A stretch of 64,000 nucleotides of DNA from Stegostoma tigrinum. Its lineage: Eukaryota. The notes beneath the pieces were generated by a model. It worked only from the letters and a program-made list of their open reading frames with translations. It searched no databases and was not told the origin of the DNA. The stretch spans positions 2,418,001 through 2,482,000 of the forward strand of contig NC_081397.1 of NCBI RefSeq assembly GCF_030684315.1, written 5' to 3'. A program made the position numbers and the translations under genes. This document shows, piece by piece, positions 1 to 13,105 of this stretch (the first letter of the stretch is position 1; each line of letters starts with the position of its first letter).

Positions 1-129
1 CTAGCATGCTGCTCCGGCAAGTAATAAGAAAGTCATTTATTGCTAAAGGCATGGAGTATAAACGTAGGGAAGTGTTGCTTCAACCGCACAATGAAGTGGA
101 GGTGCTGGTGTTCGACTGGAGTGGACAAT

Positions 130-945
130 GTCAAAGGTCACATGACACCGGGTTAGCGCCCAACAGATTTATTTGGAAACACAAGCTTTAGGAGAAGCAC
201 ACAGATACAGGATTTGTGGCATAGAGATGAAAATATCATTTAAAGGTATTGAGTGGAGAGTCGAATAATAAGTCTCTGCAGGTGATCAAAAGTGTTGACA
301 GTATTACTTCTAATATTAAGTCAGCAACACACACCGCCCCCCCGCCCCGATCTTCAGGTACGCATCTTCCAAGGTGGCCTTCGAGATACACAACAAAGCA
401 GAATCACCGCAGCAGAAACTGCCAGCCAAGATCCCTACCCATGAAGACGGCCTCAACCGTGTTCTTGGGCTCATGGCAGGCTACGTGTGACCCCACCCGC
501 CGGTCTGTATTTGTAAAACGTTATTCGCTGTCCTGTTCTGACACCACCAGCTTGATAAATTAGTATGATCTCTCTACCTCCATTAGTTTATACAGTTTTA
601 GTTTACTTATTACTTTGGTTAAACCCTTGGTATGTGAATCTTGCACCTGTCATGTTATCCCATTCATTTGTTTGCAACACCATCATATTTTTAAGTTCTC
701 GTAATTATCTCACTGCCTCATTTTATCAGATTTTAGCTCATCCCTTTGCTTGTTATTCAGCTGCTGACATCCTCTGAATGCTCTGAAACTATTCATCACC
801 TGAAGTGACTGATTATTTGAGACTCCTACAAATTCTGTCTATGTGCCTCTCCATCGCTTCACCTGACAAAGGGGCAGTGTGGTAAAATCTTGTGATTTTA
901 AATAAACTAATTCGACTCTAACCTGGTGTTGTGTGACTTCTCAAA
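130..945. mobile_element. Degenerate Penelope-like element fragment with inverted termini, inserted in a CR1 fragment
   Basis: 130-190 is roughly the reverse complement of 885-945. 349-485 reads as a decayed GIY-YIG C-terminus (..LQGGLRDTQQ..DGLN..). Decayed hammerhead-like core at ~863-890. Confidence 0.55.
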
Positions 946-949
946 GGGA

Positions 950-3320
950 CAAGGCATTGGGATTTCTGCATCCGGAGCACTGTATAGTCCTTTGGTCCAC
1001 TGACATGAGGAGGAAAGCAGTTGCATTGGAGAGAGTTCACAGCAGTTTCACTGGATTGATGACAAAATGAAATGTGAGCTTTGTGAGGAGAGACGGGTAC
1101 AATTTTGGTTTCTTTACATGAGGGCGGCTGTAGTTGTATTGGAGGCAGTTCAAAGGAGATTCACTCGATTATTTCCAAAAATGACTGGTTTGCCTTAGTA
1201 GAGAGATTGAGCAGTTTCTCTGGAGTTTAGAAGAATGAGAAGAGATTAAATTGAGGGATAGAAGATGCCCAAGGGGAGAATTGAAAAAATAGATGGAGAG
1301 GAGATGTCTCTTCATGTGAGGCAATCTAGAACAAGAGAGTCATTGCTTCAGGAGCAAGTGGTGCGGCAGATCAAAAGCAGAAGTGAGAACAAACGGCTTC
1401 TCTCAAAGGGGGAGAAGATTGTGAATTGTTGTCGCAAGGAGAATTGAGACTTGCTTGGGAAACAATCTGAAAATACTTCCTTCCAAACGAGGTGATGGGA
1501 AATTGAGCTGAGGATGTGAGTGAAGGCAGATGCACAAGAAACTTCGATTATGCAGAGATTGGGCGAAGTCGACTGAATGGTGAGTGTGTGAATCTGTGAA
1601 CTACCAATACTACAATATCATGTATTAGTCATTGTTCACACTGGTATTTATCCAATTGGGAAGACTGACAGAAACAAATCTTCTTTCTGTATGTGATGGA
1701 GAGAGTTTGGGTTGTTTTCTTTCAGGCAGAGAAGGTTGTTGAGGAAGGCGGAAATGACAGAGATGTGTAAAATGGGTAGTTTTGTAGAACAGAGACTGAT
1801 GGGTTCAGGCACATAATTCATTGCAGACAGAGTCACAGGTTGACAGGGTGGTGGGGAATGCATTGAGCGCGCTTGCCATCATTGCTCAGACATTGTGTAC
1901 AGGAGTTCTGACATCATGTTGTGGTTGTACACAACGTTGTTCAGGCCTCTTCTGGAGTACTGTGTCCTGTTCTGGTTGTCATGTTCCACTACGGACATTG
2001 TTAATCTGGAGAGGGTTCAGAAAAAGATGTATCAGGATGTTGGTGGGAATGGAAGGGGTGAGTTAAAGAGAGAGGTGGCATAGGCTGGGACTATTTTCAC
2101 CACAGCACAGGAGGTTGAAGGGTGACCTGATCCAGGTTCATAAAATATCAAGGGTATGGATAAGGAGAATGGCAGGTGCCTTTTCTCCAGGTTGGGGCAG
2201 TTTAAAACTCGGGTTCTTCTAAAAGTGAGAGGACAAAGATTAACAAAAATCATAAGGGACAATTTTTGTTTTACACAGAGAGCAGTTCATGCAGGTAATG
2301 GACTTCCAGAGGAAGTGGTGGATGTGGGTACAGGACAGCATTTAAAAGACATTTGGGAAAGTACATGAATTGGAAAGGTTTGGAGGGATATAGGCCAAAC
2401 ACAGGCAGGTGTGACTAGTTTAGTTTGGGAACATGGTCAGCAAGGACAAGTTGGACTGAAGGTCGGTTTCAGTGACTCACTTACGAAGGACATGGGCAGG
2501 GGCAGGGGGGGGTGATAGGAAGCAGCTGTTCCCCTCAGATGGGGGGTCAATGACAAAGGAAGAGGGGGCAACATTTTAAGGTGAAAAGTAAGAGGCATAG
2601 AAGGGGATTTGAGGACTGTTTGTCCCATAGGGCGGTGAGGATCTGGAGAGTATGAAAATAAAACATCTGGAAGTATTTCAATCTGTCGTTGCGCCAGTGC
2701 ATGAAAATGACACTTCGTAACTACAGATTCTTCCTGATTTATGAATGTTGAATATTCGTACAAAACAAGTCAGGAGTACGTAATTCATTTCCTTGAGGCT
2801 GGTCTGCCATATACCTGCCTTTAGCGTTTATTCCCTAAATAGATTAGCTGAACAAAAGAATTCTCTCTCTCTCAGATTGAAAATTAACAACCGATCCAGC
2901 ATCTGCTGTTGTTTGTGGGAGCGAGTTCCAAACCTCTCCCACCCTTTGTGTGTGGAAGAGCTTCCTGACATCTTTCCTGAACAGTCTGGCCCTAATTCTC
3001 AGGCTACGCTGTCCGTAGGTCCAGAAACCCCAGCCAGTGGAAATAGTTTCTATTTCACCACACAGTCTTTTCCTGATAATATCTTTGATCAGGCCACCCC
3101 CTAACCTTCTAAATATGACATAACCCCTGAAGTCCAGGTATCATTCTTGTAAACCTACAATGTTCTCCCTCCAAGGCCAATCTACTCTTCCTGAAGTGTG
3201 GTGCCCAGACCTGCTTCAAGTGGGGTCTAACCAGGGTGTTGTACAAGTGCAGCATAACTCTGTGTCCTTGTACTCCAATCCTCTGGATAGAAAGGCCAGC
3301 ATTCCATTAGCTTTCTTCAG
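950..3320. mobile_element. Several old CR1 LINE 3' fragments (950-1440 +, 1820-2460 +, 2500-2650 +, 2780-3320 -)
   Basis: Broken CR1 RT C-terminal motifs, e.g. LYTTLFRPLLEYCVLFW (1895..2083) and FTQRAVHAGNGLPEEVV (2156..2368). Confidence 0.75.
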
Positions 3321-3712
3321 TCAATGAATATCAGATTTAAAAAGAATCACAGAAATGTTTGGGGAAACTCATCAAGGACAGATATTATTTGCCACTTGAC
3401 TGACTGTTTGCTGTTGATAACAGCTCTCTGTCTCTTCTATTGACCCTTTACTGATGAGCTGTGCTAGAGCTGAGTACTGTTCAGTAAAGAACACAGGGAC
3501 ACAGGATGGTAAACATTTGTTTTGTTCACAAACCTCAATATTCGAGAGCAATGGAGCAAAGCCAGAGAAATATTATTAAACTGTGTAAAAACAAAGGCTT
3601 TCCATTTGTCTGAGGGAGGTTGCTTGAGATGGATATGGCTCAACTTGTAAATTGTAGGGGAGACGCTGGTGTCCCCCGAAGGAAGGTAACACAGTATTGA
3701 TATTTTATGAAA

Positions 3713-3940
3713 TAGAAGGTACCGCAGATGCTGGAGGATCTGAAATAAAGGTGTAGGAGCTGGATGAACACAGCAGGCCAAGCAGCATCAGAGGAGCAGG
3801 AAAGCTGATGTTTCGGGCCTCAACTCTTCTGAAGAAAAAAAAGGGTCTGAAGATGTGTCTCAGCTTGAAATGTCAGCTTTCCTGCTCCTCTGATGCTGCT
3901 TGGCCTGCTGTGTTCATCCAGCTCTAGACCTTGATATTTC
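3713..3940. mobile_element. Fold-back (palindromic) mini-element made of two inverted PLE termini
   Basis: agctggatgaacacagcaggccaagcagcatcagaggagcaggaaagctga is followed by its exact reverse complement. Imperfect direct repeat ttgatattttatga (3697-3710) / ttgatatttcacga (3931-3944). Confidence 0.75.
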
Positions 3941-4004
3941 ACGATTTCATACCTTTGGAGGTGATATGGTTAGAAGCTGCCCTGATTGAGCCATTCCAAG
4001 AATC

Positions 4005-4510
4005 TCAGTCACAAGTGAGGAGTGTGAAGGAATACTCCCCAATTGCCTGATGGGTGCAGCTCCAACAATACTTGAGAAGCTTGACACCATCCAAGGACAA
4101 AGGAGCCAGCCCCTGCTTATTGGCACCACATCCACAAGCCACCACTCCCTCCACCACTGACACTCAGTAGCAGCAGTGTGTACCTCCAGCAAGATGCACT
4201 GCAGAAATTCACCAAAGACCCTGCAGACAGCACTTTCCAGACCCATAACCATATCCATCTAGAGGGGCAGCAGATATATGGGGACCATTGGCCCCTGCAA
4301 GTTCCCCTCTGAGCCACTCACCATCTTGATTTGGGAATAGATCAGCCACTGCTTCAGTGTTACTCGGTCAAAATTCTGGAATTCCCTCCTGAAGGGCATT
4401 GAGAGGCTACCAACAGCAGGTGGGCTGCAGAGGTTCAATAAGGCAACTCACCACCACCTTCTCAAGGGGGCCATTGTGGACGGGCTGGGTGATAAATGTG
4501 GGAAATGCCC
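4005..4510 (+). mobile_element. Old LINE (CR1/L2 group) 3' fragment
   Basis: Decayed RT C-terminus (QVRSV.EYSP...AAPT.L.KLDTIQ). A related fragment lies on the minus strand at ~23000-23600. Confidence 0.55.
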
Positions 4511-4756
4511 ATGCCAGATGATTGAATAAAATACTTTAACTTCCCAGGCCTGTACCTTCCATTTCCCTATTGTTAGCTTGTTCTGGGATGGTTGGTGCAC
4601 ACTTTGTACCAAATGTTGACGCAAAATATCCCTGGAATTCATTGGACATCTCGTTATTTCCATTGTCAATTTCTCAGACTCAGCGTTGTTGAGTCACCTG
4701 CTCTGTGACCTGCTGTGAGAAATGTCTGCACATTGCCAACAGCTTCGGTTTATATT

Positions 4757-6881
4757 AGAACATAGAACAGTACAGCACAGAACAGGCCCTTCAGCCCACA
4801 ATGTTGTGCCGACCATTGATCCTCATGTATGCACCATCAAATTTCTGTGACCATATACATGTCCAGCAGTCTCTTAAATGACCCCAATGACCTTGCTTCC
4901 ACAACTGCTGCTGGCAACGCATTCCATGCTCTCACAACTCTCTGCGTAAAGAACCTGCCTCTGACATCCCCTCTATACTTTCCACCAACCAGCTTAAAAC
5001 TATGACCCCTCGTAGTAGCCATTTCTGCCCTGGGAAATAGTCTCTGGCTATCAACTCTATCTATGCCTCTCATTATCTTGTATACCTCAATTAGGTCCCC
5101 TCTCCTCCTCCTTTTCTCCAATGAAAAGAGACCGAGCTCAGTCAACCTCTCTTCATAAGATAAGCCCTCCAGTCCAGGAAGCATCCTGGTAAACCTCCTC
5201 TGAACCCTCTCCAAAGCATCCACATCTTTCCTATAATACGGCGACCAGAACTGGACGCAGTATTCCAAGTGCGGTCTAACCAAAGTTTTATAGAGCTGCA
5301 ACAAGATCTCACGACTCTTAAACTCAATCCCCCTGTTAATGAAAGCCAAAACACCATATGCTTTCTTAACAACCCTGTCCACTTGGGTGGCCATTTTAAG
5401 GGATCTCTGTATCTGCACACCAAGATCCCTCTGTTCCTCCACGCTGCCAAGAATCCTATCCTTAATCCTGTACTCAGCTTTCAAATTCGACCTTCCAAAA
5501 TGCATCACCTCGCATTTATCCAGGTTGAACTCCATCTGCCACCTCTCAGCCCATCTCTGCATCCTGTCAATGTCCCGCTGCAGCCTACAACAGCCCTCTA
5601 CACTGTCAACGACACCTCCGACCTTTGTGTCGTCTGCAAACTTGCTGACCCATCCTTCAATCCCCTCATCCAAGTCATTAATAAAAATTACAAACAGTAG
5701 AGGCCCAAGGACAGAGCCCTGTGGAATTCCACTCACCACTGACTTCCAGGCAGAATATTTTCCTTCTACTACCACTCGCTGTCTTCTGTTGGCCAGCCAA
5801 TTCTGTATCCAAGCAGCTAAGTTCCCCTGTATCCCATTCCTCCTGACCTTCTGAATGAGCCTACCATGGGGAACCTTATCAAATGCCTTACTGAAGTCCA
5901 TATACACCACATCCACAGCTCGACCCTCATCAATTTTTCTAGTCACATCCTCAAAAAACTCGATAAGGTTTATAAGGCATGACCTACCCCTCACAAAGCT
6001 GTGCTGACTGTATTTGATCAAGCCATGCTCTTCCAGATGGTCATAAATCTTATCCCTCAGAATCCTTTCTAACACCTTGCAGATGACAGACGTGAGACTT
6101 ACCGGTGTATAATTGCCGGGGATTTCCCTATTTCCTTTCTTGAAGAGAGGAATTACATTTGCCTCTCTCCAGTCCTCAGGTACGACTCCAGTGGAGAGCG
6201 AGGATGCAAAGATCTTCGCAAGTGGCGAAGCAATTGCATTTCTCGCTTCCCAAAGCAGCCGAGGACAAATCTGATCCGGGCCTGGCGACTTGTCAATCTT
6301 AATGTTTGACAAAATTTTCAGCACATCAGCTTCCTCTATCTCTATCCATTCCAACATGCACACCTGCTCTTCAAAGGTTTCATTCACTACAAACTTCGTT
6401 TCTTTCGTAAAGACAGAAGCAAAAAACTCATTTAGGGCTTCCCCTACCTCCTCAGGCTCCACACACAAGTTCCCTATGCTATCCCTGATCGGCCCTACTC
6501 TTTCTTTGACCATTCTCTTATTCCTCACGGAAGTGTAAAATGCCTTTGTGTTTTCCCGGATTCCTTCTGCCAAGCCTTTCTCGTGCCCCCTCCTGGCTCT
6601 CCTCAGACCATTTTTGAGCTCCTTCCTTGCCTGCATGTAATCCTCTCTAGCTGAACTTGACCCCAGCTTCCTCCACCTTATGTAAGCTACCTTCTTCCTT
6701 TTCACTAGAAGCTCCACCGCTCTCGTCATCCAAGGTTCCTTAATCTTACCCCTTCTTGCCTGTCTCAGAGGGACATATTTACTCATCACTCCCAACAACT
6801 GTTCCTTAAACCGTCTCCACATGTCTATAGTTCCCTTACCATGGAACAACTGCTCCCAGTCCATGCTTCCTAACTCATGTC
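4757..6881 (-). mobile_element. Young 5'-truncated CR1 LINE
   Basis: 3' tail of short repeats (tagaacatagaaca on +). Contains the uninterrupted 675-aa ORF2 segment. Confidence 0.93.
4837..6864 (-). CDS. CR1 ORF2 fragment (reverse transcriptase domain; endonuclease missing)
   Basis: RT motifs [49 protein letters not shown], then the CR1 C-terminus RPHLEYCVQFWSP. Confidence 0.88.
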   Translation of the reverse strand: MDWEQLFHGKGTIDMWRRFKEQLLGVMSKYVPLRQARRGKIKEPWMTRAVELLVKRKKVAYIRWRKLGSSSAREDYMQARKELKNGLRRARRGHEKGLAEGIRENTKAFYTSVRNKRMVKERVGPIRDSIGNLCVEPEEVGEALNEFFASVFTKETKFVVNETFEEQVCMLEWIEIEEADVLKILSNIKIDKSPGPDQICPRLLWEARNAIASPLAKIFASSLSTGVVPEDWREANVIPLFKKGNREIPGNYTPVSLTSVICKVLERILRDKIYDHLEEHGLIKYSQHSFVRGRSCLINLIEFFEDVTRKIDEGRAVDVVYMDFSKAFDKVPHGRLIQKVRRNGIQGNLAAWIQNWLANRRQRVVVEGKYSAWKSVVSGIPQGSVLGPLLFVIFINDLDEGIEGWVSKFADDTKVGGVVDSVEGCCRLQRDIDRMQRWAERWQMEFNLDKCEVMHFGRSNLKAEYRIKDRILGSVEEQRDLGVQIQRSLKMATQVDRVVKKAYGVLAFINRGIEFKSREILLQLYKTLVRPHLEYCVQFWSPYYRKDVDALERVQRRFTRMLPGLEGLSYEERLTELGLFSLEKRRRRGDLIEVYKIMRGIDRVDSQRLFPRAEMATTRGHSFKLVGGKYRGDVRGRFFTQRVVRAWNALPAAVVEARSLGSFKRLLDMYMVTEI

Positions 6882-7549
6882 TATATATATTCCTGCCGGG
6901 TTGGCTCTCTGACCTTAATTATCTCTCCGTCTTTAATCTGGAGGCGGTCTTTGCTGTCATTTTAAAATTCTGTTCTCTAACCCTTCAATTCCCTTTGCTT
7001 ATTGTTTCTGATTATAGATGATAGCAAGCTGGATGGTGGTTTGGTGTACTCGGCCATCACTATCCCAAAGCCAAGAATCACTGGTAAAGGATACATTATC
7101 TATTTTTATGACATTTCTGGCTCCGTGAAAGTGGAGATTTTCTCTGGTTCATCTCGACCCTCAGAAAACCCAGCCACTTTTAATATCACTGCTTTCCTCT
7201 TGCTTAAAGCCTGGAACAAAGACCTGCCCAAGCTACTCAAATCTTTTTACGTGATTTGAATTTACTAATCACGATAGTGTTTGCAATTCACCAAAAGCAT
7301 TGTCAAATTCCATCAATGCCAACTAAATTGACAACAGGGTAACGGGAATTGGAAGAGGGAAACAGACACTGATGGCTAACTGCGATATTGTTCATCTTGT
7401 TTTGAGGGGACACCTAAAGTTTGGGCACTGTTTACTACCCCAATACAACAGCGTAATATATGAGAGTGGCCCCTTCTGGCCTTAGTCACTGGGGCCATTC
7501 GCTCTGGGTCCAGCATCGTTCTCATGGGGAGCTTTGTCATTTGCTGTTT

Positions 7550-9286
7550 CTTTGATGACAGGAAGTTCGGTGGAGGGACAGGTAATGGTGAGGAAGCAGA
7601 GAGGCTGCAGAAGGGCATGGGCAGGCTTGGAAAGTGGGCAAAGAAATTGCAATGGAATACAATGGGGGAAAGTGTGGGGTTATGCGCTTGGGTAGGAATG
7701 GAGGCATTGACTGTTTTCCAAATGGGGAAGGTTTCGGAAATCTAAAGCACAAAGAGACATGGAGTCCCAGTTCAGGGCTCTCTTAAATTTAACATGCAAG
7801 TTCATTTGGCAGTTAACATAATACCAGCATTCATTTCAAGACGGCTAGAATACAACAGCAGAGACGTAGTGCTGAGGTTGTATAAGGCTCTGGTCAGACC
7901 GTACTTGGAATACCGTGTGCAGCCTTGGGCCCTGTATCTCAGGAAGGATTGCTGGCCTTGGAGGGGGATCCAGAGGAGATTTACAAGATCCCAGAGATGA
8001 AGGACTTGTCTGATGAGGAGTGGTTGAGAACTGTGTGTCTGTACTCAAAGGAGATTCAAAGGATGAGGATAATCTGATTGAAACTTAGGGAATATTGAGA
8101 GGCCAGAATGGAGATGAGGACATGAGGGGCACAGCCTCAGAGTGAAGGGATGACCTTTTCGAACTGAGATGAGCAGGAATTTCCTCAGCCAGAAGGTGAT
8201 GAATCTGTGGAACTCATTGCCACAGAGGGTTGTGGAAAAGGGATTCGTAAAGGGATCAACTACCAGGGGAAGAAGGTAAGAGAGTATGGTTTAGATACAT
8301 ATCAGCCATAATTTGATGACGAAGCAGTCTCGATGGGCCAAATGGCCCAATGCTGCTCTGCTATTATGTGGTTCATAGATTCACTCTTACTGAGTGACCT
8401 GGAGGGGATCACACACTTTTGAACCTCAGAATAAGAGTGTTCTGTCCACATACTGTGTAGCACCCATGCTAAAATGCGCTCAGGTAACTGAATGACCAAT
8501 ACAACTTAAGGGCTAGCAGGAGGAGACCATTCAGCCTCTTGGGAGTCGGCGGCCCCATTCATTGTGGCACGGCTGACCCCATCTTGGACTCAGATCCAGT
8601 TTCCTGCCCCCACTCCCTTTCACCCATCATTGATTAAAAATATATCTGTCTCTTCCTCCAATTTGTTCCGTTGCCAACATCCCTCACACACAAGGGAACA
8701 GCAGTGTGTACACACAGCACAGCAAATCCCCCAGATTCACATCCCTCTCTCCCTTGGAGAGCAGCCATTCCTCCTTACCTCTGTTTTCAATCTGTCCCAC
8801 CACCTTCTCTTGAAATGTTGACCTGTTGTTCCAGATTGACCCACATGAGCAAACATTCTCTTTCCTTCTCCTTCCCATCTTATATCCCTCAATTAGATCC
8901 CCTCTCATTCTTCTAAACTCCATAGATTATAAGGTGAAACTGCTCAATCTCTCTTCATAAGACCTTCCCCTTACCTCAAAAATGAAATGGAAAAAATCAC
9001 CTTATATCTAGATAGTATCGTGAATGTAGAACAAATATCTCAAAGTGAGCTAGTCACAGTGTTGAAGAGGTCTACAGCACAAAAAGAAAAATAGCCCACT
9101 GAGTCTGTACCAGTCAAAAACAACCACTTCATTATTCTCTAATTCCATTTCCCCAGCACCCAGCCCATTGCCAACGCATCCCAAGTGCACATCAAAATCC
9201 TTCTTCAATGTGATGAGGGTTTCTGCCTCTCCCATCTTCACAAGTAGCAAGTTGCAGAGGCACCACCAGCCTCTGGATGAATGTGT
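7550..9286. mobile_element. Old CR1 fragments (7550-8370 +; 8510-8970 -; 9050-9286 -, resuming at 12211-12450)
   Basis: LYKALVRPYLEYRVQPW (7794..8000) and RRMRGDLIEGYKM (8684..8923). Confidence 0.7.
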
Positions 9287-9387
9287 GAGTGATAATGGGA
9301 ACTGGAGATGCTGGAGAATCCAAGATAATAAAATGTAAGGCTGGATGAACACAGGAGGCCCAGCAGCATCTCAGGAGCACACAAGCT

Positions 9388-9415
9388 GACGTTTCAGGCC
9401 TAGACCCTTCATCAG
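9388..9415 (-). ncRNA. Minimal type I hammerhead ribozyme motif in PLE terminus
   Basis: Minus strand reads CTGATGA-AGGGTCTAGGCCT-GAAAC-GTC. Confidence 0.7.
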
Positions 9416-10425
9416 AGAGGGGGATGGGGTGAGGGTTCTGGAATAAATAGGGAGAGATGGGGAGGCGGACCGAAGATGGAGAGAAAAGGTAGGTGGAGAG
9501 GAGAGTATAGGTGGGGAGGTAGGGAGGGGGTAGGTCAGTCCAGGGAAGACGGACAGGTCAAGGAGGTGGGATGAGGTTAGTAGGTAGGAGATGGAGGTGC
9601 GGCTTGGGGTGGTAGGAAGGGATGGGTGAAAGGAAGAACAGGTTAGGGAGGCAGAGACAGGTTGGACTGGTTTTGGGATGCAGTGGGTGGAGGGGAAGAG
9701 CTGGGCTGGTTGTGTGGTGCAGTGGGGGGAGGGGACGAACTGGGCTGGTTTTGGGATGCGGTGGGGGAAGCTGGTAAAGTCCACATTGATACCATTGGGC
9801 TGCAGGGTTCCCAAGCGGAATATGAGTTGCTGTTTAGGCAACCTTCGGGTGACATCACTGTGGCACTGCAGGAGGCCCATGATGGACATGTCGTCTGAGG
9901 AATGGGAGGGGTAGTGGAAATGGTTCACAACTGGGAGGTGCAGTTGTTTATTGCGAACCGAGCGGAGGTGTTCTGCAAAGCGGTCCCCAAGCCTTCGCTT
10001 GGTTTCCACCAATGTAGAGGAAGACACACCGGGTACCGGTGGATGCAGTATACCACATTGGCAGATGTGCAGGTGAACCTCTGCTTAATGTGGAAAGTCA
10101 TCTTGGGGCCTGGGATAGGGGTGAGGGATGAGGTGTGGGGGTAAGTGTAGCATTTTCTGCGGTTGCAGGGGAAGGTGCCAGGTGTGGTGGGGTTGGAGGG
10201 CAGTGTGGAGCGAACAAGGGAGTCACGGAGAGAGTGGTCTCTCCAGAAAGCAGACAGGGGTGGGGATGGAAAAATGTCTTGGGTGGTGGGGTCGGATTGT
10301 AGATGACAGAAGTGTCGGAGGGTGATGCGTTGTATCCGGAGGTTGGTGGGGTGGTGTGTGAGAACGAGGGGGATCCTCTTTGGGCGGTTGTGGCGGGGGC
10401 GGGGTGTGAGGGTTGTGTTGCATTC

Positions 10426-11891
10426 CGCATGCAGATGGCCTTAAGGCCCTCTGCTTCTTCCTGTCCCGCAGGCCCGACCAGTCCCCCTCCACCGACACCC
10501 TCATCCGCCTAGCTGAACTCGTCCTCACCCTCAACAACTTCTCTTTTGATTCCTCCCACTTCCTACAGACTAAGGGGGTGGCCATGGGCACCCGCATGGG
10601 ACCCAGCTATGCCTGCCTCTTTGTAGGTTACGTGGAACAGTCACTCTTCCGCACCTGCACAGGCCCCAAACCCAACCTCTTCCTCCGTTACATTGATGAC
10701 TGTATCGGCGCCGCCTCTTGCTCCCCAGAGGAGCTCGAACAGTTCATCCACTTCACCAACACCTTCCACCCCAACCTTCAGTTCACCTGGGCCATCTCCA
10801 GTGCATCCCTCACATTCCTGGATCTCTCAGTCTCCATCTCAGGCAACCAGTTTGTAACTGATGTCCATTTCAAGCCCACCGACTCCCACAGCTGCCTAGA
10901 ATACACCTCCTCCCACCCACCCTCCTGCAGCAATGCAACAATTCCATCCCCTATTCCCAATTCCTCCACCTCCGCTGCATCTGCTCCCACGATGAGGCAT
11001 TCCACGCCCACACATCCCAGATGTCCAAGATCTTCAAGGACCACAACTTTCCCCCCACAGTGTTCGAGAACGCCCTTGACCGCGTCTCCTGCATTTCCCG
11101 CAGCACATCCCTCACACCCCGCCCCCGCCACAACCGCCCAAAGAGGATCCCCCTCGTTCTCACACACCACCCCACCAACCTCCGGATACAACGCATCATC
11201 CTCCGACACTTCTGCCATCTACAATCCGACCCCACCACCCAAGACATTTTTCCATCCCCACCCCTGTCTGCTTTCCGGAGAGACCACTCTCTCCATGACT
11301 CCCTTGTTCGCTCCACACTGCCCTCCAACCCCACCACACCCGGCACCTTCCCCTGCAACCACAGGAAATGCTACACTTGCCCCCACACCTCCTCCCTCAC
11401 CCCTATCCCAGGCCCCAAGATGACTTTCCACATTAAGCAGAGGTTCACCTGCACATCAGCTAATGTGGTATACTGCATCCACCGGTACCCGGTGTGGCCT
11501 CCTCTACATTGGGGAAACCAAGCGGAGGCTTGGGGTCCACTTTGGAGAACACCTCTGCTCTGTTCGCAATAAACAACTGCACCTCCCAGTCGCAAACCAT
11601 TTCCACTTCCCCTCCCATTCTTTAGATGACATGTCCATCATGGGCCTCCTGCAGTGCCACAATGATGCCACCCAAAGGTTGCAGGAACAGCAACTCATAT
11701 TCCGCTTGGGAACCCTGCAGCCCAATGGTATCAATGTGGACTTCACCAGCTTCAAAATCTCCCCTTCTCCCACCGCATCCCCAAACCAGCCCAGTTCGTC
11801 CCCTACCCCCACTGCACCACACAACCAGCCCAGCTCTTCCCCTCCACCCACTGCATCCCAAAACCAGTCCAACTTGTTTCTGCCTCCCTAA
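10426..11891 (+). pseudogene. Frameshifted PLE RT C-terminal half plus GIY-YIG endonuclease
   Basis: Three overlapping ORFs (10413..11423, 11021..11572, 11463..11891) join into one RT-linker-GIY-YIG protein across two frameshifts. Confidence 0.85.
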
Positions 11892-12121
11892 CCTGTTCTT
11901 GCTCTCACCCATCCCTTCCTCCCACCCCAAGCCGCACCTCCATCTCCTACCTACTAACCTCATCCCACCTCCTTGACCTGTCCGTCTTCCCTGGACTGAC
12001 CTATCCCCTCCCTACCTCCCCACCTATACTCTCCTCTCCACCTATCTTCTTTTCTCTCCATCTTCGGTTTGCCTCCCCCTCTCTCCCTATTTATTCCAGA
12101 ACCCTCACCCCATCCCCCTCT

Positions 12122-12149
12122 CTGATGAAGGGTCTAGGCCCGAAACGTC
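12122..12149 (+). ncRNA. Minimal type I hammerhead ribozyme motif in PLE terminus
   Basis: CTGATGA-A-GGGT(CTAG)GCCC-GAAA-CGTC: intact core, stem II, palindromic ACGT stem III and GUC cleavage triplet. Confidence 0.78.
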
Positions 12150-12620
12150 AGCTTGAGTGCTCCTGAGATGCTGCTGGGCCTGCTGTGTTCATCCAGCCTC
12201 ACATTCTATTAGCCTCTGGATGGAAGTGTTTTCCCTCATTGGTCCCTCCATCAAGGAGGAAAAGTTTCTTCCTGCTTACACAATCTATGGTCCCTCATCA
12301 TTTGATACATCCCTATCATGTCCAGCCTCTCAATCTCCTCTGCTCTAAAGATAACAACCCTGATCTCTCCAATCTCTCTCCATCACTGACACTCTCCAGC
12401 ATCTAAGGCAACATCCTGGTAAGTCTGCCTCTACACCCTCTCCCAGTGCTTTTAGATACATTCTGTCATTAAAGTGTCCTTCATTTACACGTCACTGTGA
12501 TATTGCATCAGGTGGGAAACACTCAAGTTATTTTGCAGTGAAAAAGCTGGCAGATAATTTTTAATCAGCAAAGTTACGTTTTAGCAGGTGGTTAATGTCG
12601 AGTCACTGTTGTCTCATTGC

Positions 12621-12681
<61 letters not shown>

Positions 12682-12690
12682 GAGAGAGAC
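12621..12690. repeat. (GA)n microsatellite
   Basis: Near-perfect AG dinucleotide run of about 70 bp. Confidence 0.97.
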
Positions 12691-12837
12691 AGCAACAACT
12701 GTTTTGCTGTTTAACCTGTTGGTCACCACATCTAAGGCAAAGGGGAACGATCATTCACAGCAATCTCTACCAGTGCAGGAACTGAACCCCGCGCTTTCAG
12801 CACGACCAGACAATCAAGCCCTACATGGCAAAAACAT

Positions 12838-13105
12838 TGGTGGCTCAGTGGTTAGCACTGCTGCCTCATATTGTCTGTGTGTTTCCGCCAGGTGCTCCAG
12901 GCTTCTCCCATTGGTCTAAACGTGTGCAGGTTCGGTGGATTGGTCATGCTAAATTGCTCATAGTGTCCAGGGGTGTGTAGATTAGGGAGATTAATCATGG
13001 GAAATGCATGGTTACGGGACAGGGTAGCAGCGCAGGTCTGGGTGGGATTTTCCTTGTAGTTTAGTAGAGACTTGATGGGCCAATGGCCTACTTCTACACT
13101 GTGGG
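12838..13105 (+). mobile_element. tRNA-derived SINE (HE1/V-SINE type), internally deleted
   Basis: A-box head ggtggctcagtggttagcactgctgcctca, V-domain-like gtgcaggttcggtggattggtcatgctaaattg, CR1-like tail. Confidence 0.7.

Larger units (their letters stand above)
9290..12210. mobile_element. Penelope-like retroelement with inverted structure (minus arm 9290-10425, plus arm 10426-12210)
   Basis: PLE RT motifs GVAMGTRMGPSYACLF and FLRYIDD (10413..11423). GIY-YIG motifs VVYCI..CGLLYIGETKRRL (11021..11891). Arms are reverse complements over ~1.1 kb. Flanking direct repeat AGCCTCTGGATG at 9268 and 12211. Confidence 0.92.

Noticed and set aside
12588-12919. ER-repeat proteins
   Set aside because: Translation of the (GA)n microsatellite.
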